Shown piece after piece: positions 35,720-45,424 of a DNA stretch of 64,000 nt. Under the pieces are notes generated by a model that was given only the letters and a program-made list of their open reading frames with translations, was not told the DNA's origin and ran no database searches. The stretch is from an uncultured Verrucomicrobia subdivision 3 bacterium (GTDB lineage: Bacteria; Verrucomicrobiota; Verrucomicrobiia; Limisphaerales; UBA11358). Both the position numbers and the translations under genes were made by a program. Location: contig CAIOIC010000111.1 in assembly GCA_903858275.1 (NCBI GenBank), forward strand, positions 20,168 to 84,167, in the 5' to 3' direction. Every line of letters begins with the position of its first letter. Position 1 is the stretch's first letter.

Positions 35720-37867
35720 ATGAGAAACTCAATTAAACCACCGGCAATAATCATTTTGCTGGCTCTCGGCGCGCTGGCGGGAACCCTTTCCGCCGCCGAC
35801 AATCCGGCAAAAAAAACCGTTGCGAAGACGACCAAGGCGGAGTCGGCGGTCGGCCAGTTGATGACCGATGCGGAATTATTTGCGAATCTGAACATGGATT
35901 TGCCGGCGCTAGCCGACGTCCGGCGCGCGGTGTCAGTGGGTGATTTTGTGGCCGCAAAAAAGGCGCTCGCGGCGAATTTCCGCAGCCGCAAATCTCCCGT
36001 TTGGACGGTGGATTGGCGGCAACCGGAGTTTCTCACCTCCAAACGCAAACTGACTGCCGATCCGCGGGTGGAAAAAGTGATGCAGCACAAGTTTGATTTT
36101 ACCAAGGGGCCAAAGCTGGTTGGCACGCTCGATTTCGGGCCGAAGATTGACTGGACGGCCAACCCGACCGAGGGCGAGGCAAAGACGCATCTTTGGAACG
36201 AGAGCCTCAACCGGCATTTTCATTTTCGCCTGCTGGCCGATTCCTACTGGCGCACCGGCCAGGACAAATATGCCAAGGAGATTGCCGATGAAATCATGGA
36301 TTGGATTGCCTCGAATCCGCCGGTTCAAGGGGTCAGCGGCAATAATATGAAAAACGGCTGCGAGGCGTGGCAGACCTTGACAACGAGCATCCGGCTGTCC
36401 GATGTCTGGCCCAACACGATCTATCGCTGTCTCGGGTCACCGGCGTTTACGGATGAGGTCATTTGCGCGATTTACAAGACCGTCTGTCAGCAGGCGCGCC
36501 ACTTGATGCGCTGGCCCAGCGGCGGCAACTGGCTGACCTCGGAGTCAAACGGGCTGTTTATCGGCGGCATGTTGTTCCCGGAATTCAAGGAGGCCCCGGA
36601 ATGGCGGCGCATGGGACTGGCGCGCTTGTATAAACAGCTTGACGACGAGGTTTATCCCGACGGCATGGAATATGAATTGGCCGCCGGTTACAACAACTGG
36701 GTCGTGGCCGAATTTGCCGGTATCATTGAGCAGGCTGACCGCAACGGATTGCACGCTGAATTGCCCGCTGACTTTCTGGTGAAGATGGAGAAAATGTTCA
36801 GTTATCTCTGTCTCGCCGCGATGCCTAATAGCTCCATCCCCGGCCTGAACGATTCCGGAAACTCCGACGTGCGCAAGCTGCTGGAGACCGGTTTTATGCT
36901 CTTTCCGAAACGAACCGACTTTCAGTTTATCGCCACCAGCGGCAAGGAAGGCCGCGCCCCGGCGGAAACCTCGCACGCATTTCCCTGGTGCGGCCACAAT
37001 GTGATGCGTTCCGGCTGGGACAAAGACGCGACCTACATGTTATTTGACGCCGGTCCATTCGGCTACGGCCACCAGCACGAAGACAAGCTGCATTTTGTCC
37101 TTTGGAGCAACGGACGCCAGCTCGTGCTTGACCCGGGGAGTTTTTCCTACGACCACTCGCGCTGGCGGAAATACGTTTTGACCAGCGCCGGCCATAATAC
37201 GGTGCTGGTGGACGGCCAGGGCCAGCACCGCATGGGTAAAAAGGAAACTTACTTCTGGCCGCGGCCATGGAATACCCCCGCGCCGCCGCAGAATGACGCG
37301 CTCTGGAAATCCACCAAGGATTTTGATTACGCGTCCGGCGTATACACCAATGGTTATGGCACCAAAAACGAAATTGCCGTCATTCACCGGCGGCAAATCC
37401 TGTTTCTCAAACCGGAAAAATTGTTCGTCATCTACGACACCATGACACCGCAAGATCAGCGCGAACACAGCTACGAAGCGCTGTTCCATCTCGATGCGAC
37501 GAACGCGGTGCTGGACTTGACGACCAAGGCCATCCGCAGCGACAACCCCGGCGCGGCAAATGTCGCCATCATTCCCGCCACCGTCGGCGGCCTGGATGCC
37601 AGCATCGTCAAGGGCAAGACCGATGAACCCGTGCAAGGCTGGGCGAGTCATCCTTGGCGGGCGATACCGACGGCAATTTTCCGCAAGACTGGCACGGGTG
37701 CGGCCAATTTCAGCTTTGCGCTCGAACCGCTCGCGACCAACGCCACCGCTCGCGTCATGGGCATCGAGCAAATCGAAGGGGGCGTGCGCCTTAAGCTTGC
37801 GGACAACAGCAGCATCACCACCTCGTTCGGGCCGGAGCCGGTCATCCGACGTTCCGCGCCGCGCTGA
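35720..37867 (+). CDS. heparinase II/III-like polysaccharide lyase family protein, secreted
   Basis: Signal peptide, N-terminal alpha/alpha toroid-like part (HLWNESLNRHFHFRLLADSYWRTGQDKYAKE), and GYGHQHEDKLHFVLW plus GHNTVLVDGQGQ. Confidence 0.8.
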   Translation: MRNSIKPPAIIILLALGALAGTLSAADNPAKKTVAKTTKAESAVGQLMTDAELFANLNMDLPALADVRRAVSVGDFVAAKKALAANFRSRKSPVWTVDWRQPEFLTSKRKLTADPRVEKVMQHKFDFTKGPKLVGTLDFGPKIDWTANPTEGEAKTHLWNESLNRHFHFRLLADSYWRTGQDKYAKEIADEIMDWIASNPPVQGVSGNNMKNGCEAWQTLTTSIRLSDVWPNTIYRCLGSPAFTDEVICAIYKTVCQQARHLMRWPSGGNWLTSESNGLFIGGMLFPEFKEAPEWRRMGLARLYKQLDDEVYPDGMEYELAAGYNNWVVAEFAGIIEQADRNGLHAELPADFLVKMEKMFSYLCLAAMPNSSIPGLNDSGNSDVRKLLETGFMLFPKRTDFQFIATSGKEGRAPAETSHAFPWCGHNVMRSGWDKDATYMLFDAGPFGYGHQHEDKLHFVLWSNGRQLVLDPGSFSYDHSRWRKYVLTSAGHNTVLVDGQGQHRMGKKETYFWPRPWNTPAPPQNDALWKSTKDFDYASGVYTNGYGTKNEIAVIHRRQILFLKPEKLFVIYDTMTPQDQREHSYEALFHLDATNAVLDLTTKAIRSDNPGAANVAIIPATVGGLDASIVKGKTDEPVQGWASHPWRAIPTAIFRKTGTGAANFSFALEPLATNATARVMGIEQIEGGVRLKLADNSSITTSFGPEPVIRRSAPR

Positions 37868-37961
37868 TTTTTGGCAAAAAAACGGGCGGCCTAGTTTCTG
37901 AACCGGCTGGTTGAAAAATCAGTTTTATTCTGCGGGCAATTGTGTGAATCTTTGGTCACCA

Positions 37962-38759
37962 ATGATTCATCCAAGTGCCGTTATCCATCCGTCGGCGAAA
38001 CTGGGCACGAACGTCTCCGTCGGGCCGTGCGCCGTGATCGAGGCGGGCGTGGAGTTGGGCGATGACTGCGTCGTCGGGCCGCAAGTCTGCCTGCTCGGCG
38101 CGACGACCATCGGCAAAGGCAATCGTTTTCACGCGGGTTGTGTCATTGGCGATGCGCCGGTGGATTTGAAATACAAGGGCGAACCGACGCGGCTGTGCAT
38201 CGGCGACCACAATGTTTTTCGGGAACATGTGACGGTGAATTGCTCAAACACGCTGGCGGAAGACACCATCATTGGTTCGCACAATTTCCTGACGCCACAC
38301 GCCCACGTCGGCCACAACGTCGTCATCGGCAACCACGTCATCCTCGGCGGTGGCTGTTTTATCGCGGGCCATGCGGTGGTGAATGACCGCGCATTTGTTT
38401 CCGGCTGCTGCCTCGTGCACCAGTTCTGCCGCATCGGCACACTGGCGATGATGCAGGGCGGCGCAGCCATCAGCAAAGACCTGCCGCCGTTCACCATCAG
38501 CCGCCGGTTGAATGAGATTTGCGGGCTGAATATCGTGGGCTTGCGCCGCGCCGGTCTCAACGCTGAGGAACGGCTGGAATTAAAACGGCTCTACCGCGAG
38601 CTGTTTCGCAGTGGGAAAAATTTGCGCCTGGCCATCGAGGATGCGCAGAAAATATTTTCCGGCCCGGCGGCCAAAAACATGTTGGAATTTGTTGCCGCCG
38701 CCAAACGCGGCGTTTGCCGCGACAGCATTGTCAGTGATCATAACCCAGAGGAAACATGA
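37962..38759 (+). CDS. lpxA: acyl-ACP--UDP-N-acetylglucosamine O-acyltransferase
   Basis: MIHPSAVIHPSAKLGTNVSVGPCAVIEAGVELGDDCVVGP hexapeptide repeats, then the C-terminal helical domain LNIVGLRRAG. Confidence 0.92.
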   Translation: MIHPSAVIHPSAKLGTNVSVGPCAVIEAGVELGDDCVVGPQVCLLGATTIGKGNRFHAGCVIGDAPVDLKYKGEPTRLCIGDHNVFREHVTVNCSNTLAEDTIIGSHNFLTPHAHVGHNVVIGNHVILGGGCFIAGHAVVNDRAFVSGCCLVHQFCRIGTLAMMQGGAAISKDLPPFTISRRLNEICGLNIVGLRRAGLNAEERLELKRLYRELFRSGKNLRLAIEDAQKIFSGPAAKNMLEFVAAAKRGVCRDSIVSDHNPEET

Positions 38760-39061
38760 TAAACATTCGTGGATACATGGTGATGGGCGAGGATGGCAAG
38801 GAATACGGCCCGGCCAGTCCAGAAGAGATCCGGCGCTGGATCGCCGAAGGTCGCCTGGATCGCAAGACGCCACTGAAACACACCGAGGCAAAGGACTGGG
38901 TTTTTCTCGGTGAAATCGCGGAATTCAGGAATTTGTTTGCGCCGCCGCCCGTGTCTCCCCCAGCCCGATGGAAGACGCGGCGGGAGGTCTTCATTGTCGC
39001 CATTTTTGTCGCCGTCCTGGTGGGGCTTTATTTTCTCCTGAAACATTTCAACCATCATTGA
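38756..39061 (+). CDS. GYF_2 (DUF4339) domain protein with a C-terminal TM anchor
   Basis: GEDGKEYGPASPEEIRRWIAEGRLDRKTPLKHTEAKDWVFLGEIAEF, a Pro-rich linker, then TM VFIVAIFVAVLVGLYFLL. The ATG overlaps the lpxA stop (ATGA). Confidence 0.65.
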   Translation: MINIRGYMVMGEDGKEYGPASPEEIRRWIAEGRLDRKTPLKHTEAKDWVFLGEIAEFRNLFAPPPVSPPARWKTRREVFIVAIFVAVLVGLYFLLKHFNHH

Positions 39062-39064
39062 ACC

Positions 39065-39556
39065 ATGTATAAAATCATCGGCAACGACGGTAAAACCTAC
39101 GGTCCCATCAGTGCGGAAAAAATCCGCGAATGGATTGCGCAAGGCCGCGCGGACAGCCGCACAGCGGTCATTGCGGACGGCACGGAGACCTGGACATTTC
39201 TCGGCCTGCTGCCGGAGTTTGCGCGCGAGCTGGCTGGCACCCCACCGGTCATTACGCCGCCGAAAATCGGCGCGCTGCCTGTAAAAACCACGAATAGTTA
39301 TGCGACTGCGGGATTTGTCTGCGGGCTGATTGCGCTGACGTGCTGCTGCGGCTGTCCGTTCAATATTCTCGGCCTGATTTTTTCCATCATCGCGCTGGCG
39401 CAGATCAACGGGCAGGTGCAGAAGCAGGAAGGCTGGGGGCTGGCGCTAGCCGGGCTGATTTGTTCGGCGGTGAGTCTGCTGGCGACCTTCGGACTGGGAA
39501 TCCTGCAACTTGCCTTGACGCCGGCCAATTTGAACTGGCACTTCAGCGGTTTTTGA
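39065..39556 (+). CDS. GYF_2 domain plus DUF4190-like membrane protein
   Basis: MYKIIGNDGKTYGPISAEKIREWIAQGRADSRTAVIADGTETWTFLGLLPEF, a Pro-rich linker, then the Cys-rich TM pair GLIALTCCCGCPFNILGLIFSIIALAQI. Confidence 0.7.
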   Translation: MYKIIGNDGKTYGPISAEKIREWIAQGRADSRTAVIADGTETWTFLGLLPEFARELAGTPPVITPPKIGALPVKTTNSYATAGFVCGLIALTCCCGCPFNILGLIFSIIALAQINGQVQKQEGWGLALAGLICSAVSLLATFGLGILQLALTPANLNWHFSGF

Positions 39557-39976
39557 ATGAACTCCGTCCCGCCCAAAATCAATGCCTCCGGCTCGCGCCT
39601 GCCGGGCTTCATATTGGCGGGAACGCTGGCCGGAATCGCCGTGCTGGTTTTTTTCTTTAATCCAGCGACCCACAAAATCTATCCAGCCTGCCAGTTTCAC
39701 CAACTGACCGGCTTGAACTGCCCCGGGTGCGGCATGACGCGGGCGGCTTACGCGTTGCTGCATGGCGAATTTCTGACTGCGCTGCAAGACAACGCGTTAT
39801 TTGTTTTCAGCATGGTAACTTTGGCGCTTCGGGGCAGCTGGTTTGGCTGGAATAAATTATGCGGCCGGGTGAACGGTGGATTTTTCCCGGCAAAATTCCT
39901 CTGGCTGCTGCTCGTCGTCGCGCTGGTGTTCACCGTGCTGCGGAATTTGCCGGATTTCGCCTTGCTTTCGCCGTGA
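39557..39976 (+). CDS. DUF2752 domain membrane protein
   Basis: CQFHQLTGLNCPGCGMTRA is the hallmark of the family. The start codon directly abuts the upstream stop. Confidence 0.75.
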   Translation: MNSVPPKINASGSRLPGFILAGTLAGIAVLVFFFNPATHKIYPACQFHQLTGLNCPGCGMTRAAYALLHGEFLTALQDNALFVFSMVTLALRGSWFGWNKLCGRVNGGFFPAKFLWLLLVVALVFTVLRNLPDFALLSP

Positions 39977-40015
39977 GATTTGGCTTTTGCAGACACGCCT
40001 CGTCGTGTTCAATCA

Positions 40016-40360
40016 ATGTTCATGAGTCTGACCCATCCTTTGACGACGACGGCGTTTGAACTGCCCGGTTATCGCATCACCAAATCGTTCGGTGTGGTGC
40101 GCGGTATCATGGTGCGGTCGCGCTCGGTGATCGGCAATTTTGGCGCAAGCATCCAGTCTATTTTTGGCGGGAACATTTCCATCTACACGAATCTCTGTGA
40201 ACGCACGCGGGAAGACACATTCAACCTCATGCTCACCCATGCCGGCCAGCTTGGCGCGAATGCCGTGGTCGGCGTGCGTTATGACGCGACGGAAATCGCG
40301 CCGGGCATCACGGAAGTATTGTGCTACGGCACGGCGGTGTTCGTGGAGAAGACGAACTGA
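40016..40360 (+). CDS. YbjQ/UPF0145 family protein
   Basis: TTTAFELPGYRITKSFGVVRGIMVRSRSVIGNFGASIQSIFGG...GANAVVGVRYDATEI. Confidence 0.85.
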   Translation: MFMSLTHPLTTTAFELPGYRITKSFGVVRGIMVRSRSVIGNFGASIQSIFGGNISIYTNLCERTREDTFNLMLTHAGQLGANAVVGVRYDATEIAPGITEVLCYGTAVFVEKTN

Positions 40361-40366
40361 CGGCTG

Positions 40367-43117
40367 ATGAAGGCGTTAAGTAAAGACAGTTTTCTGGCGC
40401 GATTGCTGGGCCGGCTGGCGGCGGCGGTCATGCGTTATCCGCATTGGTTTTTCTGGCCGCAGATCGGGCTGTTTGTCTTGTGCGTGGTTTATACCGTCTT
40501 TTTTCTAAAGGCGGACATGAACCGCAACAATCTGGTGGGGCCGAACCAGAAATATCACCAGAATTACCTCGCGTTTGATAGGGAATTCCCGCAGCCGGAC
40601 GACATTGTCGTGGTGGTGGAAAGTGACGACATTGAAAAGAACCGCCAGTTTGTCGAGCGGGTCGCCGCGCGGATGCAAGTGGAAACGAATTTGTTTCGCG
40701 ACGTTTTTTTTCAGCAGAATCTGGCGATGATGGGCAAAAAGGCGCTTCAGTTTGCCTCGGAAACCAATCTGATGGAGATGCGGGACATGCTGCATATGGC
40801 GCAGCCTTTCATCCGGCAGTTCACCCAGACGACGAATCTGGTTTCGCTGTTTGATCAGATCAATCAGGCCTTCCGCACCGCCAAGCGCGAGGATAATGCG
40901 GAAAACAAATCGCTGGCGAAATCGTTGCCGGCACTGACGCGCATCGTCACGCAGGCGGATGCCGCCTTGCACCGGCCAGGTGATCCGCCGTCGCCTAATG
41001 TTGCGACTTTGCTGGGCGGCGGGGATGAAGCGCTGCTGGAGAGTTACATCACGTTTGCGAAGGGCAGGTTGTTTGTTGTGACGACCCACGCGCCGAATGA
41101 CGATGTGACCGGCGAGGTGGTGGAACGGTTGCGTGAACTGGTGAAGTTGACACAAGCCGAAGTGCCAGGTGTGAATGTCGGCATCACGGGCGAGCCGGTG
41201 TTGGATTACGACGAGATGATTCAGTCGCAGGAAGACACCATGCTGGCAAGTTTGGTGTCACTGGTGTTATGTGCGCTGATTTTCATTTATGGCTATAATG
41301 AGACGGGCCGGCCGGTAAAAGCGACGATTTGTTTGGTGGTCGGATTGGGTTACACGATGGCGTTTACGACGCTGGTGATCGGCCACTTGAACATCCTTAC
41401 CATCACGTTCGTGCCGATGCTGATTGGATTGGCAATTGATTTCGGCGTGCATCTGATTACGCGCTACGAGGAGGAATTGCACCATGGAAAAACCGAACAG
41501 GAGGCGCTCACCAAGGCGATGGTGTTCACCGGTCAGGGAATTATTACCGGCGCACTGACGACGGCGGGCGCGTTCGCGGCGATGGCGCTGACGAATTTCA
41601 AGGGGATTCAAGAAATGGGCATCATTTGCGGCGGCGGACTGATGGTGTGTTTGATTCCCATGATGACGATGCTGCCGGTGATGCTGCTGCGCGGCCGGCA
41701 GAATATTTTGGATCATCAGATCAAGGATGGCAAAACGCGGACGCGGATTGAGAATTTCTGGCTGCAACGGCCGGTGATCGTGATGGCCATCACCGCAAGC
41801 CTCTGTGTGGCGGCGGTGGTCGCTGGCCGCAAGGTGTATTTTGATTACAACTTGATTGAGATGCAAAGCCCGAGGCTGTCGTCGGTGGTGTTTGAGCACA
41901 AACTCTTGGACTCGGCGGAAAAATCGCTTTTATACAGCGCGGTGCTGGCGGATTCGCTGACAAACGCGGTAGCGCTTCAGAAGAAAATTGAGAAGCTTCC
42001 GACCGTGGCGGAAACCCAGCCGCCATTTTACAAGGATTTTCTAAATCCGAATACGGAGGTGAAATTGCGGTTGATCGGCGAAATCAAGGACGAGGTCGCA
42101 GAACTGAAATTCACCTCGCCAGACACACGGCCGGTGGATGTGAATGATTTGAGTCGCACGCTGTATTCTTTGTTTGGTTACATCGGTCTGGCGCGTGAAG
42201 AAGTTGGAACCAACGAATTGGCGTTGTCGAAAGAGTTTGTGGCGCTGCAATCGGCCATTCAAAACTTTCGCAAGGATATGTTGCATGGCGACGAGGCGAA
42301 ACAAGCCGAACATGCCGCGAAGCTGGCAATTTTCCAGCGCGCACTGCTTGACGATTTGCGGGACACTTTCCTGTTATTGCAGAGACAAGATAATCGCACA
42401 TCGCTGAAAACTACGGATTTGCCGCCGGCGCTGGCCAACCGGTTCATTGGCGTGAATGGGAAATTTTTGATTCAGGTTTATCCCAAAGAAGACGTCTGGC
42501 AACGCGCGCCGCAGGAAAGATTTGTCCATGATTTGCGCACGGTGGATCCGAACGTCACCGGCACGCCGGTGCAGTTATTGGAATATGAAACGCTGCTAAA
42601 GGACAGCTATGTGCAGGCGGCTTGGTATTCGCTCGCCGCGATTGCGCTGATGGTGTTGTTTCATTTTCGCAGTGTGAGTGCGGTAGTGTTGTCCTTGATT
42701 CCAGTGGGACTTGGCACGCTTTGGCTGGGTGGTTTGATGGGCTGGGCCGGGGTGCCATTAAACCTGGCGAACATTATGACGCTGCCGCTAGTCATCGGTA
42801 TCGGTGTCACCAACGGCATCCACATCCTGAACCGCTACGCCGAGGAGGGCACGCCGGGCATTCTTTCCCGCAGCACCGGCAAAGCCGTGCTCGTGTCGGG
42901 ATTGACGGCCATTGCCGGATTCGGCAGTCTGGTTCTTGCGGAGCATCGCGGGATACGCAGCTTGGGTTTTATCATGTCCATTGGCATTGCGACCTGCATG
43001 ATTGCGGGACTGACTTTTTTGCCAGCGCTGTTGAGTTTGATTGGACGCTGGCGACCGCTGATTGAAAAACCCAGTGCCGACAAAATGCCGACACCGGGTT
43101 TGGAGGAACCGAGGTAA
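40367..43117 (+). CDS. MMPL/RND-superfamily transporter (HpnN-like)
   Basis: 916 aa with two 6-TM bundles, each followed by a large loop. LIGLAIDFGVHLITRYEEEL and VIGIGVTNGIHILNRYAEE are typical MMPL TM4-type motifs. Confidence 0.85.
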   Translation: MKALSKDSFLARLLGRLAAAVMRYPHWFFWPQIGLFVLCVVYTVFFLKADMNRNNLVGPNQKYHQNYLAFDREFPQPDDIVVVVESDDIEKNRQFVERVAARMQVETNLFRDVFFQQNLAMMGKKALQFASETNLMEMRDMLHMAQPFIRQFTQTTNLVSLFDQINQAFRTAKREDNAENKSLAKSLPALTRIVTQADAALHRPGDPPSPNVATLLGGGDEALLESYITFAKGRLFVVTTHAPNDDVTGEVVERLRELVKLTQAEVPGVNVGITGEPVLDYDEMIQSQEDTMLASLVSLVLCALIFIYGYNETGRPVKATICLVVGLGYTMAFTTLVIGHLNILTITFVPMLIGLAIDFGVHLITRYEEELHHGKTEQEALTKAMVFTGQGIITGALTTAGAFAAMALTNFKGIQEMGIICGGGLMVCLIPMMTMLPVMLLRGRQNILDHQIKDGKTRTRIENFWLQRPVIVMAITASLCVAAVVAGRKVYFDYNLIEMQSPRLSSVVFEHKLLDSAEKSLLYSAVLADSLTNAVALQKKIEKLPTVAETQPPFYKDFLNPNTEVKLRLIGEIKDEVAELKFTSPDTRPVDVNDLSRTLYSLFGYIGLAREEVGTNELALSKEFVALQSAIQNFRKDMLHGDEAKQAEHAAKLAIFQRALLDDLRDTFLLLQRQDNRTSLKTTDLPPALANRFIGVNGKFLIQVYPKEDVWQRAPQERFVHDLRTVDPNVTGTPVQLLEYETLLKDSYVQAAWYSLAAIALMVLFHFRSVSAVVLSLIPVGLGTLWLGGLMGWAGVPLNLANIMTLPLVIGIGVTNGIHILNRYAEEGTPGILSRSTGKAVLVSGLTAIAGFGSLVLAEHRGIRSLGFIMSIGIATCMIAGLTFLPALLSLIGRWRPLIEKPSADKMPTPGLEEPR

Positions 43118-43198
43118 AAAACCTCAATTAAAAAATATTATAAAACAATAGTTGTGAAAGTCAATGTCATTGTTAAACCGAGTCAATAGGCGCTAAAA

Positions 43199-44683
43199 AT
43201 GCCAAAAATAAAACTACAGGTATCGTTAAAGTTGGCTGGGCGTATTTCTGATGGAATACGTTTATTCCTGTTTGTTTTCTGGGGATTTTTGTTTTTTGCA
43301 TTTGTTCAACGAGTTGAATCGGCTGACTTTGGATTTGCCTTTGACCGTTTTTCTTTGACGTTGGAAAACGGCTCGCGGACCGAGGCGGTGGGGCCGTTTT
43401 ATTATTTAGAGCAAACTGAATCAGAGACGACTTGGGCCATCCCACCGTTTTATTCCAGCAACGACAAGCCGGATGTCGAAGCACACGAGGATAATTTCCT
43501 GTATCCGCTGCTCACCGCCATCCGCTATGGAAAGGAGCGGCGCTGGCAATTTTTTCAGTTGATCAGCACCTCCAATGGGCAGGAACAAAATGGAGCGGAG
43601 AAACATCGTCTTACATTGTTTCCCTTTTATTTTGCACAGCGCTCGCCGGACACCAACTTGAATTACACCGCGTTCCTGCCGTTTTATGGCCAGCTCAAAA
43701 ACCGGCTTTTCCGCGCCGAAATCACCTTCGTCATGTTCCCGTTCTATGTCCAAACGCGGAAACGCGATCTTGTCACCGATAATTACCTTTATCCGATTGT
43801 TCACGTCCGGCGCGGTGACGGATTGCGCGGCTGGCAGGTCTGGCCGTTTGCCGGTAGCGAATACAAAGATGTCACCACCCGCACCAACGGCTTTGGCGAC
43901 GTGGAAGTGGCCGGCGGTCATGATAAATCATTTTATCTCTGGCCGCTGCATCTCAAGCAGGATTCCGGTTTTGGCACCACCAATGTGGAAAAATTTCGCG
44001 CCTCGATTCCGCTTTACGCTTATTTGCGTTCGCCTCAACGCGATTCCACTTCCGCGCTCTGGCCGTTTTTCACCTGGATTGACGACCGCGCGAAAAAATA
44101 TCACGAATGGCAGGGGCCGTGGCCATTTGTGATTTTCACGCGTGGCGAAGGCAAAACCACCTCGCGTATTTTCCCGCTGTTCAGCCAGTCGCGTAACCAG
44201 GACATGGAAAGCGATTCCTATCTGTGGCCGGTTTATCAGCATCGCCGTCTGCAAGCCGCGCCGCTAGATCAAGATCGCAAACGGGTTTTGTTTTATCTCT
44301 ACTCACAGGTGGTGGAGAAAAACATGGAAACCGGCGCGAAGAAAAAGCGGCTGGATATGTGGCCGTTTTTCACCTGGCACCACGATCTCAATGGCAATGA
44401 GCGTCTCCAAGTTCTCGCCCCCATTGAGCCGGCCGTGCCCAATAACCGTGGCATTGAACGCAACTGGTCGCCGCTCTGGTCGCTCTGGCGTGCCGAGGAC
44501 AATGCCAAAACCGGCGCATCCAGCTGCTCGCTGCTGTGGAATTTATATCGCCGCGAAACGGCGCCGGGACACAAAAAAGTCTCGCTCCTGTTCGGGCTTT
44601 TCCTGTATCAATGCGACGGAAAAACAGAGTGGACGCGGCTGTTTTATCAGACGATTTCGCAAACGCCGCCCGCCGCCAAATAA
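43199..44683 (+). CDS. hypothetical protein with N-terminal signal/anchor and about 15 aromatic-Pro repeats
   Basis: Recurrent LYPL, FPFY, LPFY, LYPI, VWPF, LWPL, IPLY, LWPF, PWPF, FPLF, LWPV, MWPF, LWSLW and LWNLY motifs every 17-25 residues. I recognise no family. Confidence 0.6.
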   Translation: MPKIKLQVSLKLAGRISDGIRLFLFVFWGFLFFAFVQRVESADFGFAFDRFSLTLENGSRTEAVGPFYYLEQTESETTWAIPPFYSSNDKPDVEAHEDNFLYPLLTAIRYGKERRWQFFQLISTSNGQEQNGAEKHRLTLFPFYFAQRSPDTNLNYTAFLPFYGQLKNRLFRAEITFVMFPFYVQTRKRDLVTDNYLYPIVHVRRGDGLRGWQVWPFAGSEYKDVTTRTNGFGDVEVAGGHDKSFYLWPLHLKQDSGFGTTNVEKFRASIPLYAYLRSPQRDSTSALWPFFTWIDDRAKKYHEWQGPWPFVIFTRGEGKTTSRIFPLFSQSRNQDMESDSYLWPVYQHRRLQAAPLDQDRKRVLFYLYSQVVEKNMETGAKKKRLDMWPFFTWHHDLNGNERLQVLAPIEPAVPNNRGIERNWSPLWSLWRAEDNAKTGASSCSLLWNLYRRETAPGHKKVSLLFGLFLYQCDGKTEWTRLFYQTISQTPPAAK

Positions 44684-44686
44684 ACT

Positions 44687-45424
44687 ATGTTTGAAAACAT
44701 CGGCCAAGTCATCTCGCTGTTCTGGCGCACGCTGCTGGCACTGCCGCTGACGTGGCGTCAGCGGCAAAAGGTGTTCGACCAGTTTTTTGAAATCGGCAAC
44801 GCCAGTCTGCTGATGGTCTGCGTGCTGTCGTTTTTCATCGGCGCCGTAATTGCTTTGCAAACCGGTCCGGTTCTGGTCGAGCGCAGCCTGGCCAGCGCCG
44901 TCGGCGGGGTGGTGGGCATCGCCATTGCCAAGGAACTCGCGCCGGTGATGATGGCGATTCTCATCGCCGGCCGCATCGGCTCCGCCATGGCGGCGGAAAT
45001 TGGCTCCATGCGCGTCTATCAGGAAATAGATGCGCTGCGGACGATGAACATTAATCCCGTTCACTATCTCGTCTTGCCGCGCGTTCTCGCCATCGCCATC
45101 GCCCTGCCGATGCTGGTGGTTTTTTCCGTGCTCATCGCCTGGTTTGGCGGCGCGGTGGTGGCGAACTCAAATCATCTCATTGATATTCCGGCACGGGTTT
45201 TCTTCTCTGATCTTCGGGATATCGTCGAATTGAAAGACGTGGCCAACGGCGTGTTTAAGAGCTTTTGCTTCGCGCTCATCATTGGAGTGGTATCGTGTCA
45301 TCAAGGATTGACGACGATTGGCGGCCCGCGTGGTATTGGGCGGTCCGTCACAAAGGCCGTGGTGAACTCCATCGTGCTCATCGTGATTTTCGACTACATC
45401 CTCACCCGCTTTCTTTTGAAATGA
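44687..45424 (+). CDS. mlaE: MlaE-type ABC transporter permease
   Basis: GPVLVERSLASAVGGVVGIAIAKELAPVMMAILIAGRIGSAMAAEIGSMRVYQEIDALRTMNINPV. Confidence 0.9.
   Translation: MFENIGQVISLFWRTLLALPLTWRQRQKVFDQFFEIGNASLLMVCVLSFFIGAVIALQTGPVLVERSLASAVGGVVGIAIAKELAPVMMAILIAGRIGSAMAAEIGSMRVYQEIDALRTMNINPVHYLVLPRVLAIAIALPMLVVFSVLIAWFGGAVVANSNHLIDIPARVFFSDLRDIVELKDVANGVFKSFCFALIIGVVSCHQGLTTIGGPRGIGRSVTKAVVNSIVLIVIFDYILTRFLLK

Noticed and set aside
35532-35732. 66-aa minus-strand ORF in the U32/heparinase divergent region.
   Set aside because: It lies in an AT-rich promoter region, has no recognisable motif, and overlaps the heparinase-like start.
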